DNA of 62,746 bases, filler included, from Rhabdomonas costata (GCA_019059605.1; 39 parts of 39 records of this genome joined end to end with filler, not necessarily neighbours in it), one strand, 5' to 3'. Counted from the first letter of the whole stretch, positions 48,818 through 62,155 are shown. Numbers and translations: made by a program. Notes: generated from the letters alone by a model not told the origin.

Positions 48818-50612
48818 AATTGGGTGCAAAGGGTACACAGTGGTACGGATACTGTCAGGCGCCGAATTCGGCTCGAATCCATATCACGGTCGACCACGCT
48901 GCTTTCGATTAGGCATTAGGCTAAAGACAACTCTGGCTCCACCACCCTCCCACGCATACACAGACGGATACGTGCCCAAGGCATCGCTGGAGGAGGAGGA
49001 GATTTCTGTGTCCAGTAGGGTTTCGAACCTCTTCGCGCTGCCTGGCCGCTGCTCGTCCGTCTGCTGGAGAACCTTGGGCTACACATTAAACCGCACTTCT
49101 AAGAACCCCCAACCCTCTCCGTTTGCCAAGCATGCTATCACGGCTCGATGGATTTTATTGGCCCCTCTTACGGCCAGGGATCCTCCGGTCATCTCCACCT
49201 GAAAATCTGAACATGGATCTTCTGAAACAAAGGCAAACACGCACATCCACACCCACAGTTTTTGGCACGGGGCACGGGTGAAGGGAAACCTCTGCGGGAG
49301 CTATTCTGTGGCACGTTCTGCCGGTCTGAGCTACTGCTGCGGCCGCGGCGGCAGAGACGGAGGCAGAGAGGAAGACGTTGGGGTTGACCACAGCAGAGGC
49401 GGGAGCTGCAGCAGTGCCCTCCTGGGCTACCGGCCTGTCCGAAAATACCACAAAAACAGCCAGGAGAGTTGGCTGTTGCTTTGTGGTGAACTTCAGCACT
49501 CAAATCTCAAATCGCACAGGTCTAAAGGAACGCGAGGCGCGAGCACACCAGGCAAAGCCCAGGGCTTGGGGGTGGAAGCGCAGCAGGGTGAGCTCCCCCA
49601 CAACGACGTCTAGCAGACACCGCAGCCCGTGCAGGTTCTGCCCGCTGGTGCTCTTGAGGTGCACCGCGCGCCGTGCCATGGACAGGGCTTGCTCCAACCC
49701 CACCGCACTCCCCTTTTCGGAAAACAGTACCCCCGATCCAGGAGGACAAGTAGTGTGCTGCATTGAGCGTTCTGTTTTACATTAGTGGGACTCGAGATGA
49801 GTGGCGACTGACCTCTGAAATGGCCAGCGAACATACCTGCCCCACAATCATACCCTTCAAAACANNNNNNNNNNNNNNNNNNNNNNNNNNNNNNNNNNNN
49901 NNNNNNNNTTAATTAATTAANNNNNNNNNNNNNNNNNNNNNNNNNNNNNNNNNNNNNNNNNNNNGGGGGGTTGTTTCCTTCACCAGTGCGGGGGAACGCA
50001 GCGAAGTAGCACTTTGCGACAGGTTGTAGCAGAAGGTTGATAAAGTTCCAGAGCGCAACACGTGACACGTGGTAGCAGAAAAAATCAATAACTTGTGTGG
50101 AAGAAAGAGGGCAGCACTTCAGAAGAGGTATCAATTGGCACTTCGTGACCGTTGGTAACAGAGTTTTCAAATTGGAAGGGGGATAGTTTGGTTTGTTGTG
50201 ACACGTGGTCAAAGGGAAAGTTTGAAATTGTTTGTTTGAGAAAAGAATAACCGAGCCGGGACCGAGCCAGACCCACAGAGGGGGCACCGGTCCAGTCCAA
50301 GAGATGGCAACGGTCCTGCCGGTTACACCGGTGGGTCCAGCGCCCAGAGAGCCCGTTGGGGCGGGAGAATTGTTGGTTCAGTTCAAAGCAGCAAGAACCC
50401 CCTCGCCGAATAGCAGGCCTAGCTTTGGAATGGTGGAAGTTAGCTTCCAAGAAAGAAGCTTTGCTGCACGTGGTCGACAATACGTGTTTCCGAGATCTCC
50501 GTCACCAGGACAACCGGAGACATAGAATACCGACCAATACACTTCAGATGCCAATGTCGAGACCGCAAGTGTCAGTAAGTTCTTTGGAGTCTGGTGAGAT
50601 ATCTCCGTCTGC

Positions 50613-51467
50613 TCAATCAGGACTGGAGGACGCCAGATCTCCGCAGCCGTCGACGTTTTGTTTTACTGTGGTAACACCGCACACGTGTATCGCGACTTCT
50701 AGCTGGAGAAGGCGGAGCTTTTCGGCGGGTCGTTGAGTCAGCAAAAGAGCACTATGTTTGAAAAAGGACCCGAGATCCCAAAATAGAGGGGGACGGAGTC
50801 TGGGCCTCTCCAGCCCCATCCCAACGTTTTCAGTGCCTAGAGGTTTTCCTTCGGGAGCATGTTCACCACAGACAGCCCCCCCATGAGATATGAGGAGAGA
50901 TCAGATAGAGCCCCTTCGCTGAGAACTGCAGAGAAAGTTCGAGAGGCAGTGAGATCGAAGGTGCTTTCCCGCCCTGCGGGTAAGTCAGAGACTTTCCATT
51001 TGAGTTCAGCGTTGAGCACACCAATGACTACTTTGATGACATCAATGGAACCAGTTCGAGACTTAGTAGAGTCGAGGTCTTTTTGTGGAGCGTCACAAAA
51101 TGTGATGCATAGAAGAGGTAGCTCAACCTGTTTTGCACGTACGTGCAGCTGTAAAGTCTCGGGTGGACGTTGAGTCTCCTTCAGATTTGCAGCAGATTTT
51201 GGGAGCTTTGCATTTGTCACGTAGTGGAGAGGCACCCACAATGGAGAGAGTGGAGTGCTCAGAAGCTTAGCCACATGTGGTAGGTGAGTGATGATCACAT
51301 TGGAAAAATGGAAGGCTTACAAGTTGAAGAGTATCAACTAGAAGGTGGACTCGGAGCTTTGGAAGGAAGACCTTGGTAGCAAAATATGGCTCTTTCCTCA
51401 CACAAAATATTGGAATATTCACGTGTAGACGCTCCATATTTGCTAAATGTTTATTTGGAGATGTCAC
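50613..51467 (-). CDS. Possible multi-exon fragment of a large beta-rich protein (weakly VPS13/bridge-like)
   Basis: Three consecutive minus-strand frames; a short GTAAG..AG intron (~51320-51267) joins LVDTLQL|LLSTPL in frame; family call is weak. Confidence 0.3.
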
Positions 51468-53982
51468 AACACAAANNNNNNNNNNNNNNNNNNNNNNNNN
51501 NNNNNNNNNNNNNNNNNNNTTAATTAATTAANNNNNNNNNNNNNNNNNNNNNNNNNNNNNNNNNNNNNNNNNNNNGGGGGTTTGTTGACAGATGTGAAGA
51601 TATAAAACGTCTGTGAGAGACACCCGAAGTGCTTTGGGGACAAAACGTCAGTTCCGAAAGGGGGAAAAGGAAGAGGCGGCAAGCCCCTGAAACTCGGTTT
51701 TACGTCTCGCTGACGTTGGTGACATGGGAGAGAAAGCAACACAGTGGAGTGGGGTAGGGGGGGGGTGTCCCTGACGACAGAATTACCAACAACGGGGGAT
51801 GGTAACTTTGGTGATCGTGCATACCTCGCTGGTGACCACAGCTGCCAGCAGTAATCATGATGCATTTTTGCAATAATGACTATGGCCCTCTCCACCGTTG
51901 AATACTAACGTACAATTTGCACCCTGTGGGAACCGGGGTAGGGAGGCGTACTCTCAAAATCCGGGTCTCCCCGGGCGCCGCCCACCCCGCAGAGCCACCC
52001 CAGGCAGCTCATCGCATCCAAGGGCGACTACCTCGACAGAGGTGGAAGAAGCCTGCGCACACTCAAGCGCGGGGAGAGCAAATTCAAAACCAAAATAGAA
52101 ACACTTCAGAGATACCCCCAGGGGCCCACAGAAGGGGGCCCTACGAATGCAAAGGGGGGGGGGGCACAGCCGCCAAAGCAAAAGGGCCGGAAAAGATCAC
52201 GCAGCCCCCGCGACAAGATAAACCAGCTGGAAACGCGGGAAAGGGGCCAAGGAAAGCGAAAGGGAGAAGAATCCAAAAATGTCCCGATATTATCAGAGAA
52301 CCTGCTTGACAGCTTGACAGCTTATCCGTTGTACTTATTTTGTGGTGGTGGGGGGCTTCTTTCTATGGGTCTGAGGATCTGTGGTGAGTGCGGTGAGTGC
52401 GTGCCCTGTGTCCTGAGCGCATAGTTGCTGTATGTGTGTCTGTGTGTCCCCCTCCAGCGCGTGTGGCGTGCTCGGGCAGGGCAGCTTTGTTAAGCGTCCG
52501 GAGGAAATGGTGTTCATCTGGAACACAATTGCCGGCCTAAAAATCCGTGCCCAAACACACATCCTGTGCATGGCATCAACCACATCGCACACGCAAGCTC
52601 GACCCGCCTTTGTTCCTTCGTTGCCATACCCCAGAAACCAATCTCAGGTGTGTGCAATCGTCTCGCTCTTGCCTAAGATAGGGGTCTTGCTTCAAGCTCG
52701 GCAGCCCAGAAGCATAGAAGCACACCCGACCTATCTTCATCACCCGACAGGACCTCAGCCCTCTCGGGATAGCCGAGAACTCATCCCGAGCAACGAAAGA
52801 AACGGGCAGTTGCATCACCAGGTTCACGATCCGTGTCTCAGACCCAACCCCTCCCTTTCACTCTCCCCTTCTCTCTTTCCCTTCGTCCAACGTATTGTTG
52901 GTAGTTACGTACAGCCCAATCCGCACCTCACCTCACCACCGCATCGCAGTGACTCAGCACTTTCGCAGCGCGAAGAACCCCAAAATGGCACTGGCCAGCG
53001 ACACCACGGCCAGCAGGGTGCCTGCCCGCGGGGCTATGGGGCGGCGGCCGTCGACCTGAGGCGGCCGGGCCTTGGGGTCCACCCCNNNNNNNNNNNNNNN
53101 NNNNNNNNNNNNNNNNNNNNNNNNNNNNNTTAATTAATTAANNNNNNNNNNNNNNNNNNNNNNNNNNNNNNNNNNNNNNNNNNNNAGACGGGTGGCACAG
53201 GAGGGAGAGGGCCTAAAAGAAATCCCGAGGGATTGAAGCTCACATAGAAGGAACTTGTTTGACCAATTTTCAGGTCCCCTGTATGATTCCAATACATTCG
53301 ACACCTACCCCCTCCGAAAGCAAGCGGATTCCAATAGCACGATTCAGTGTAACTGCATGCCGATGCGCGTGTCTCGGGGAACGTGAACGTGCGTGGCGAT
53401 TGCTATCTATATTTTGCGTTGACCCTGTGTTAGTAGACGATAGATGGACCCAAAACACGGGTTGTTGGTGGTTTGTCTGAGCTGGCAACTCTTCCCCAAG
53501 CCCTTGCTGTCGCTGACGGCACTGTAGGTGACAAAATCGCACTTCAGCCGGGTACGGATATAAAGCCAGAGTAGCAGTTGCCAGAACGGCTGCTAAGAAC
53601 TTGTCGGTGCCGAGGGGTTTTCTTTGATATTTTGGCATATAAGCGTTGTATGTGTCTGGGACCAGCGGGGCAGGTGATGCCCCACAGCTCTTAGCAAAAT
53701 GGGAATCTCTATGCGAGCCCCCAGGCAGCGCGCTGTGTGATATGGACGTCTTTCCTATTCGTCTTCGTGGATCTCACGAATCCACTTGTTTTCTGCTGCA
53801 GCCTTACAACAGTGATTAGCGCAATAGCAATTGCGAACCGTCGTCCTGAAAGAATTCATCGCTCTCCCTTTACATTGCGACCCCTCTCAATTCCAATGCA
53901 CAACCAATGCACAACTACAATCGCAGCCCAGTGTCCTTCAAAAAAAACACGCCCGAATTCGCAGATCTGCATGCGTGTGGAC

Positions 53983-54640
53983 CTTAGGCTTTGAGAAGTT
54001 CGGATTGGCGGCGATCGAAAGCGATCGGCTGGCCGCGCGAAAGTCGTACGTGGTCATCACCGTGCCCACCGGGAAATGCTCCCCGGGGTTGTGGGCCTGC
54101 GGGCTGGGAAACAGCCACGGCACCACGCGGTACGCCGTGGTGGACCTCCGCGCAAACTCTGGCCGCCCCTCGGGCAGGTTCCCCACGGCCCAGCTCAGGA
54201 TGCACACCTGTCCAGAACGCGCCACGAGCCTCAGTCACTCGGGATCGGAATGCAAAGAAAGTGACATTGCCTTTGAGGGTTCCGCCTTTTTTGATGTGTG
54301 CGCAAATCAACACCTTCCCAGACGAACAACAACTTTCTCAGCAGCTTACAACATCATCTTACAACATCATCCCACGGCAAACGTGATGTAGCCGGCGAGC
54401 TCCCAGTAAGCGGTGACCAGCAGATTAAAGTCATGCCCAGAAACACACGCACGCACCCAAACGCACACTCACTCACACTCACTCACACACCGAGGGCATT
54501 ACAAGGGGGAGCACCCCTCCAGTCTTCCGCCCGGCAGGCCGCAGGGCATTGTTGATCACGCGATAGGGGGCCAGCCGGGCGACGTCCTCCTCCCCTGCCG
54601 TCCATAGCCGGCACGCCGCCACGGCCAGCACGTCATTCTC
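53983..54640 (-). CDS. Second ADP-ribosyltransferase-fold protein, N-terminal part of the domain; exons 54640-54515 and 54207-53983
   Basis: AACRLWTAGE...PYRVINNALR...LSWAVGNLP...TAYRVV...HFPVGTVMTTYDFRAASRSLSIAA follows the ARTC order (Y/W-T, Y-x-x-x-N-x-A-L-R, L-P, Y-R, G, F-x-S-x-S). Confidence 0.75.
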
Positions 54641-55249
54641 CTTGGAAAGAGCAAAAAAAAAATGCACACGCGAATCCCACCGCTGCCAAAACAAANNNNN
54701 NNNNNNNNNNNNNNNNNNNNNNNNNNNNNNNNNNNNNNNTTAATTAATTAANNNNNNNNNNNNNNNNNNNNNNNNNNNNNNNNNNNNNNNNNNNNTGTGT
54801 GTGGGCGCCCGACACCAGACAGCCACGGCAACAAGCTATATGTTGGGTAGGTGGGTTTGTGCGTGGGAAAGTTATGGGAGTGAGCTTCCATGCCATTGGT
54901 GTGGCGTGCTGCTCCCGGTACCTTGATGTTGGCGTCGCTTTCGGTGTGGGAGGTACGCCACCGCGTGGGGTGTACCTGTATTTCAATGAGTCGTTTGCTA
55001 GCGGGGTTTTATGTGCGGGGTTACACCCTTGCGCTGTGGTGTGCCATTGCTTTGGGGGTGACGATGTACGCTCTCTGTCGGGGCTTGGGCGCTGCCTCGG
55101 CCGTTTTGGGTCAGAGAGTGTCATTCGAAACACTGACCGGCCATTTCTTACACTCTTTCTGGGAATCCTCCCCCCCCCGTGTCCCTGTTGCCGGAACACG
55201 GACCTTCTTACCCAGTGCTCCCCTGCCCCACGCTTCCTCTTGGTTGGAC

Positions 55250-55371
55250 TCGCCCCCTTCCAACCTCTCGCATATGTTGAGAGGTTGAGGGCGAGAGACC
55301 ACACTAACAGCCTCTCAGCCTCTTCACCCTCCCACATACGTTGAGAGGTTGAGGGCGAGAGACTACACCAA
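55250..55371. repeat. Tandem 37-bp direct repeat (period 64), each copy pairing with an upstream pyrimidine tract
   Basis: 55271-55307 versus 55335-55371, 3 mismatches. Confidence 0.85.
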
Positions 55372-56405
55372 TATGCCTACGGAAGAACACTTGCGCTTTG
55401 GTGTAAGGTGTGGTTCCAGAAGGTATTGGGCTTACCCACCATTCATGTGCCCAGCGTGGAAAAAGTACGACACAGCTATTTATGGGCCGCGCCTGTTGTC
55501 CCGATCCCCTTGAGCGATTTGTTGCCCTGCCCGAGGGCACGGTCTAGGTCTGTTGAGTATCGAGGGGAATTGACATCGCGTTGCTTTTAAACGGTGATGA
55601 CTCTTGCTACGTGCTTGCTGGTTGGTGAGCTGTGAGCATCGAGAGCATTCCACTGTGCAATGTGGCCTGCGGAGGCTGGAGCTGGAGCTGGCACTTGTCA
55701 CTGGTGGCCTTCTACACAGCCTGCTTGTGCATGGGGAGATATGCTGTATTCGACAGTTCGAATGTGGTGAGTCTGTGAAAAAGAAGGATGATGGCAAAAA
55801 ATGTCTGGAATGCCCTTTTATGCCTTTCCGCCCCCTTCGCGGCTCTGTTACTCTGCAACATAGCTTTGCACAACGCATATGTATTTGATTGCCTCGTGGT
55901 TCCGTTTCCTTGCAGGAAGCTTTCTCCTTTTTCATTTTTTGGTTTTCCGTGCCTGCACTGCGATTACACACCACGTAGTTTCCCCCCTTTTTTTCCGCAA
56001 TCGAATGTCTGAGGCTCGCCGGCGGGTGCCACTGAAGTACACCACGCTTCGCCCGCGCGCCCTCACTCCCCCGGGGCCTTTTCCCCCACAGCTCACCTTC
56101 ACCACTGCCGTCGCAACACCTCACCCCGCACTCCAATGGCTCAGCTTTGACGAATGTGAGCCCACCACTGGGCCCCCTGTGCTGTCCCCGCCTTCCTCGG
56201 ACCAACCCGAGCAGAGTTCGCGGGCGACCCCCTTCTGTGTTCCCTTTGCGAGCGAGCCCGCGAGCCCGTCGGTGTGGGATGACGTCCTGCCGCCGCTGTG
56301 TGTGANNNNNNNNNNNNNNNNNNNNNNNNNNNNNNNNNNNNNNNNNNNNTTAATTAATTAANNNNNNNNNNNNNNNNNNNNNNNNNNNNNNNNNNNNNNN
56401 NNNNN

Positions 56406-56970
56406 TGCCGATCCAGTCGATCATGAACATGGGCTTCAGCACGCACTTGTGGAGTGAGACCAGAAGTCCGAATCGATGTAGATATGCGACGCAGGCCTGT
56501 ACGGAGCAAGTCGGGGTCGGGCGATGCGAGGATGAGATTGCCATAGTAGACCGAACGTAATACCCCGGTAAAGCTGGCCAGCGCTGCGGAGACGAGGCGC
56601 TCCATCTCCTTCTGAGCCATGACTGGTGCCCAGCTACACACGAATGGAAGGTGTTGGTAAACACGGTAAACACGAAGGGGTGTCCACAAAATCCTGCTGG
56701 AAGGAAGTGCGCGCGGTCCTGGGGGTGCATGGAAAGCGATTGAAAGTAAGCGGAAATGTCGAGTTTCGTGTGGAAGCATGTCGGCCACCAGCGTGTGGAC
56801 GCGGCGGTTGAAGGAAGGCTAAAGTGTGGTGGTCGGCGCGTGTACAGTGCGTTCAGGGGACGCAAGTCGCAGATAACGCGTGCGGAGTGAGCGTCATTTG
56901 ACTTTAGGAAAATGGACATGGTGGAATCAGGAGAAGAAGTGGGATGGATGATGCCTTTAGCCTTCCAAGG
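56406..56970 (-). mobile_element. Decayed reverse transcriptase of a DIRS/tyrosine-recombinase-type retrotransposon
   Basis: ARVICDLRPLN, TKLDISAYF, LPFVCSWAP, VYYGNLI (eroded YxDD), GLLVSLHKCVLKP..IDWIG spread over two frames, i.e. frameshifted. Confidence 0.85.
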
Positions 56971-59873
56971 TTGTCGATGCATGCAGACATCGTGGAGTGT
57001 AAGGGGGTCAGAAATGGGGTTTTGAGGGGGAAAAAATCGCAGAGGGACGACAAGATACGAATCGACACTGAGAACACAATCAAAAAAGAACCCAGTTCGA
57101 TTCATTTATGGACCCTTAGTGCTGCGCCCGGGGCGCACAGCCATGAATTGTGCTTCATGAATGTTTTGCCGGTGCGAATTCCAGTTGTTGAAGACCATCA
57201 GGAAAAACACCTCAGAGCCACCGCCTGTCTACCACCTATTGCTCCGTTTCTAACCGGCAAAATAGTTCTCTGTAATCCTCTTCGTCTGCCTAAAACGTTT
57301 CACCCATGTGGTGCCCTATGATTATTCGAGAAGGTGGTCTAGTTGAATGGTTCTTGCTTGCGGTTTTGATGCCGCTTTCTCTGATGAAGATTGTGTGCGC
57401 TCTGGGAGTCCTTTGGAACTACCACGCTGCAAACTCAAAAGTTTTCATCCAAACTCAAAAACTCATCCTGTATGTCTACATCCAACCACTGAATGAAATA
57501 CGTACGCAAATAAAAGAAAAACCTCTCAATATCTTGGCTCCAGTGTAAACTGGGACATGTAAAAATGAAATTTTTATCCAGCTTACGTCAATTATCATCT
57601 CCTCCGATCTCCAAAAAATGTTGTACTCAAAAGCGTCTGAACAAAACATAGTTTTTGAGTAGGCTACAAAAGCTTCTCACGTTTCAAATGTCTGTGCGTC
57701 CTTCACCGTTCCTATGACGTGAGTTCCCAGCGCTCCGACCGCAAAGGTGATGGCAACCTGATCATGAAGACTTCGCTTTTTATCCTCCACGGTGGTTATC
57801 CAATGCAGGAAATTATCTGAGTTACCATCGTATGGCAGGAACTATGGGTCCCGTTCCTCTCTCTCTCTCTCTCTCTCTTGTCGCACCTACGTGAATAAGG
57901 CCGTAACACCCCCACNNNNNNNNNNNNNNNNNNNNNNNNNNNNNNNNNNNNNNNNNNNNTTAATTAATTAANNNNNNNNNNNNNNNNNNNNNNNNNNNNN
58001 NNNNNNNNNNNNNNNGGTGGGGTTGGTAGGGTTTCAGGTGGTGACTTCATTACCGGTTCTTGCTGAACTCGTGGGGTTGGCCTTGCGTTCTGCGTTCGGT
58101 ATTCGGGGCTGGCAAATCGAAATTTGACAGCAGTGGAGTGTTCACGTTCCTGCAGCCAAGTGTATGAAACACCACTTGCATGTCACTTGTGGCATACTAC
58201 CCAAACCACCCAAACCAAGACTGCCTGGCGCCACCGCCGGGTTGCAGTGGAGAAAGAAGCCTCCAGATAAACAGCCGCCGCCGCCAGGGTACATACGGTG
58301 AATTACAACCAAAGTGAAACTAGGGAGAGAAACGTGTGGAAGCGGTGAGGTTCCTCCCCGCACCAATGACAGTCGAGGTGAGCCGCGGAAGCATTGAGGT
58401 TGGGTGCCCAACAGCGCATTGCCACCGCCGCTTGACCTTTTTGGACGATGATTACCTGCACCGGGCAGTGCATGAATGCTAGTGAGCACAGATCCTGGTG
58501 AGGCGAATGCCGTAAGTTTGTTTGCGCTCGAGTGAAGAATAGAGGGAGAGACTCACACCAGGGGAAAACGTAACCCAGGTGAAGCAAGCGACCAAAGATG
58601 GCATCGATTGCAGGAAGGTGCTGGAGCGGGAGTCCAAGGAACAAAAACCAGCATCAAAAGTCCAACAACACGGAAGAATCACACAAGAAAAGAAAAAGAG
58701 AAAAGCAAAAAGTCCAACCGTCAAAAGCCGTGTAACGGCGCAAGTGCTGATATCCATGGTGCTTGTGGTGAGCCCAAATCCCGGTCATGTATCCGCATGG
58801 ATCTACGCGCGCAGATCCATTCAAAAACACAACCTTTTTGACAACCCTTCGCTCACCCGCACCATCAACTCCCGCCTTTGTTGACAACATGGCCAGAAGA
58901 AGCGTAACTGAGAAGAGACGACATCAGAGGGAGAAGAGTTGGAAGCAATGGTGACATACCAAGCAAGGGAACGCATTGATCTCAACAGACAATCAACTTT
59001 CATGATTCACAGTTCAGCCAAGCGAAAAAATGTGCAGCAAGGATTGGAAGACATGCATCAGAACCCACTCTCTCCACGCACCTGGAGCGCGAAAGACGGT
59101 CTGAAATCGATCCCCACCCCGAATCATTTCTACCCACTGCCACTGCTTCTCTGGGCTCGCTCCCGGAGTACAGCAAGCACGCTTCGGCTGAGAGTGTGCT
59201 CGGGATGAGTCACCACGGCCGAGGACAGCACTTTGACAGCCGCCCTGAGGTTTCCTGCGAAGGGGAAGTTCGGGAGGCGAGTGACCGGAAGAAGGGAGAC
59301 GGGAAGGGGTCGCGGGGTGCAAAAGTGGCCTGCTTACTATCGTACACCCCTTGCATTGTATAGGCAGAAGGCAAATGCAGTTTTTCGGCCCGTCGAAAGT
59401 TGGAAGGTTGGAGGGAGTGGCAACAGCTATCACTGGTCTGTCTAAAATTTTATAAAGAGTCAGTTAGAAGATGCTACTACTCTTGCCAGTGCCCCCCGGT
59501 TGAGATCTTTTGCTACCCCCAAAAANNNNNNNNNNNNNNNNNNNNNNNNNNNNNNNNNNNNNNNNNNNNTTAATTAATTAANNNNNNNNNNNNNNNNNNN
59601 NNNNNNNNNNNNNNNNNNNNNNNNNACACAGATGTGAGTTTCGGATATGGAACTTGCCTTCTCTCTTGTGGTTCCGACGGAAAAGGCGCAGTTCGTTTTT
59701 TGGGCACCAAGACTTCTTTATGAGCTTCGCAAGAATTGTTCCGTTTGGCATGAACGCTTTATGTTGTGGTTTCGCTGCACTTTTCACTCTGACATGACGC
59801 GGGCCAAATAAAAAGGTTGTGGTTCCTGCGCTGATGACCACCCCGCAAAGTTTGCTGCAATACGGCCCTGCAG

Positions 59874-60679
59874 GACTGCAGCGGCCGCCCTGGGCAGCCC
59901 AATGGGGCGCCAGCGTGTTTGTATACCAGAACCACAACCGAAGTGCCCCGTTCTACGTGCCCCGCTCTCGCGCTGGCCTGGAGATGGTTCCTTACATGCG
60001 TTTTATAGCGGTACGGTTGTGAGCATGCTTTGCTCTGCAGCTTTGCTGGGAATCCGGGTGCTTAATCTGACTACCACCATATTGGGGATGCGGTGTCAAC
60101 GAGGGTAGTCCAAATAGGAGTATTCTTCCGACTATGCAACGGCCTGATCACCAAAATTCATAAATGTTCCGTGAATGACCTGCAAGAATCTTGGGTTTGC
60201 CTTATGCGTGGACCCCCCCCGGCATTTTGAAAGTTTCTCGCTCGGAAGAAGTGAAAATTCGTTGCCCAGAAAACAACCCTCCTTTGGAAACAACCCTCCC
60301 CTCGCCCTCGCACTATTCATTCAGTCATTCATTCATGATGCAATACATGGTATAGTAGTCAATGTAGTGAAGTCATAATGCAGTGCCGGTTAAATTTGGA
60401 AGAAAAACAGCGCTGTCTCCCCCATCCCTACTCCCCAACCCAGCATGTATTATTTCTGCGATGGGATGGCTCGACACCCAAGCGACGGTGCTTTGGTGGA
60501 CGTGGGGTGGGTGTGGTGGGTGCAGGACTACTATAGCAGCCTGCCCAACCTCACCGTGCTGGTTCACCCCGACGCGGCTTGCCACAACCCGTACTGGCTC
60601 CAGTGGATGGGCTGTCTGCGGCCCGGGGTGCAGTTCGCCTCTCTGTCCCCGGCCTACGTCCTGGCCCGCAAGGACCCCG
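59874..60679 (+). CDS. DUF3431-family protein (putative glycosyltransferase-like); exons ~59874-60010 and 60526-60679
   Basis: VFVYQ...VPRSRAGLEMVPYMRFIA|DYYSSLPNLTVLVHPDAACHN fits G-x-E-x-x-x-Y-x-x-F-I-x-D-x-Y-x-x-L-P...H...HN. Confidence 0.75.
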
Positions 60680-62155
60680 GTGTGCCTCGGCCTGTCTCGT
60701 TCCCTCCCTTCTAGTCTTGATAAGTACTGCTGGGGAGCGGGAATTGGTGAGTTGAAACCCATGACAAACCTTGATGGCACAAAGTGTAAACCTTATTGTT
60801 TTTTGTTAGCGCCTTGTTTATTCCTTCCTGGTTTTTATTTCGTTTTTCTCAACGGAAGGGAGCGAAAGTGAAAGCGCGCTATAAGTAGTGCCAGTGTGAT
60901 GAATCGGTTTTTGATATTTGCTGGGCTCCTTTTTTCGTGTCTTTCTATCAATCGTGTGGTTCGCTGATTTCTCTCTGTTCCCTGTTTCCTGTGGTACCGT
61001 CCCTACCCGACTCGCGCCTGCGTTCAGGTGGGCGGGGTGTAGCTCAGCTGTTTCAGATCTTTGGGAGGCCGCACCGAGTTGCACAGCAAGGCCGTCCCCG
61101 AAGCTTTGCTTGCTGCGCACAGTGGGAACAAACACANNNNNNNNNNNNNNNNNNNNNNNNNNNNNNNNNNNNNNNNNNNNTTAATTAATTAANNNNNNNN
61201 NNNNNNNNNNNNNNNNNNNNNNNNNNNNNNNNNNNNTAAGTGGTATCTGCCACAGCCGGAACTGTGTTGGAGACATTCTCAATTCCATTGAAGAAGTGGT
61301 TGCAGATAGTGTTTCTCTGGGCGGTGAGGTCCTCCTTTAGCTCTGTTGTTGCAGGTTCGGGTTGTGGAAAACAGACAGTGGCCAAGGTTTTCCTGCTGTT
61401 AAGGGAGTGCGCCAAGAAGTGCTGTGATGGCCATGGCTGTATTCTGGGAGGCCCTGGGTCAGTGGTTGAGGTTGATTAGACCGAGTGTGGGCGAAAGAGG
61501 AAGGGACTCCATGACCATGCTAGTTTTGAATCCATCTCGCTGCCTTTTCGGCAGATTTTAGCTCTTCTGGGGTTGTATTCTGAGGACAAGACTCTTATGG
61601 ACGCTCTACACAGTCTTTCGTGCTAGATTTTTGTTGCCTTCTGCTCCTCTCCTCCTCCTGGCTTACAAACACCCTACCATTCCCCGGTACACTTTGGAAC
61701 TTGTGCCTTTCATCATTCCTGCCTGCGGGTTTCTTGCCCTGCTCAGCATAGCCAGGGGAATTATCTTTCGGTTAATCGACTGTGAAGCGAACAGTAACAC
61801 ATTGGCATTAGCATTCCTCACCCGGTGAAACGCAGCTCATACTGAAACACCACTCTGCTTGTGAGATGTTGTTCCCATAGCAAAGAGAGCAGCCACCCGT
61901 GAGAACTCGCAGAAATGGGTGAACTGGTATGCAAAGCCCCCCCCCCCCAAAAAAAAATAAAAAGGGCAGGAAAAAAACGAGTACTAGGCAGAAAACAAAA
62001 TTACACGGTGCTTCTGTTCTGTAGAAAAAAGTGTCATCAGAACCCAGCACATTGTCGTTTATTATAGAAAAGCAGAGCAAAGCAATGCAGAGCAAACTCT
62101 TTGCCACCTTGACCCTCAAGCTGCTGGGGAGAGGGAGAGCTGCGCGCGCGCATGC

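Noticed and set aside
48830..48882. A-box/B-box-like words (CAGTGGTA...GGCTCGAATCC)
   Set aside because: No cloverleaf stems; at most a degenerate SINE.
52458..52510. GVLGQGSF resembling a kinase Gly-loop
   Set aside because: No other kinase motif found in the contig.
54370..54440. Possible extra ART exon with a CTGGGCAT|G nonconventional 3' boundary
   Set aside because: No matching 5' CAG arm and no in-frame exit to the next exon.
60896..60968. GTGATGA...CTGA box C/D-like pair
   Set aside because: No terminal stem or recognisable rRNA guide; expected by chance.
61033..61101. GGGGTGTAGCTCAG tRNA-like 5' end
   Set aside because: Lacks the GTTCRA T-loop and an anticodon arm.
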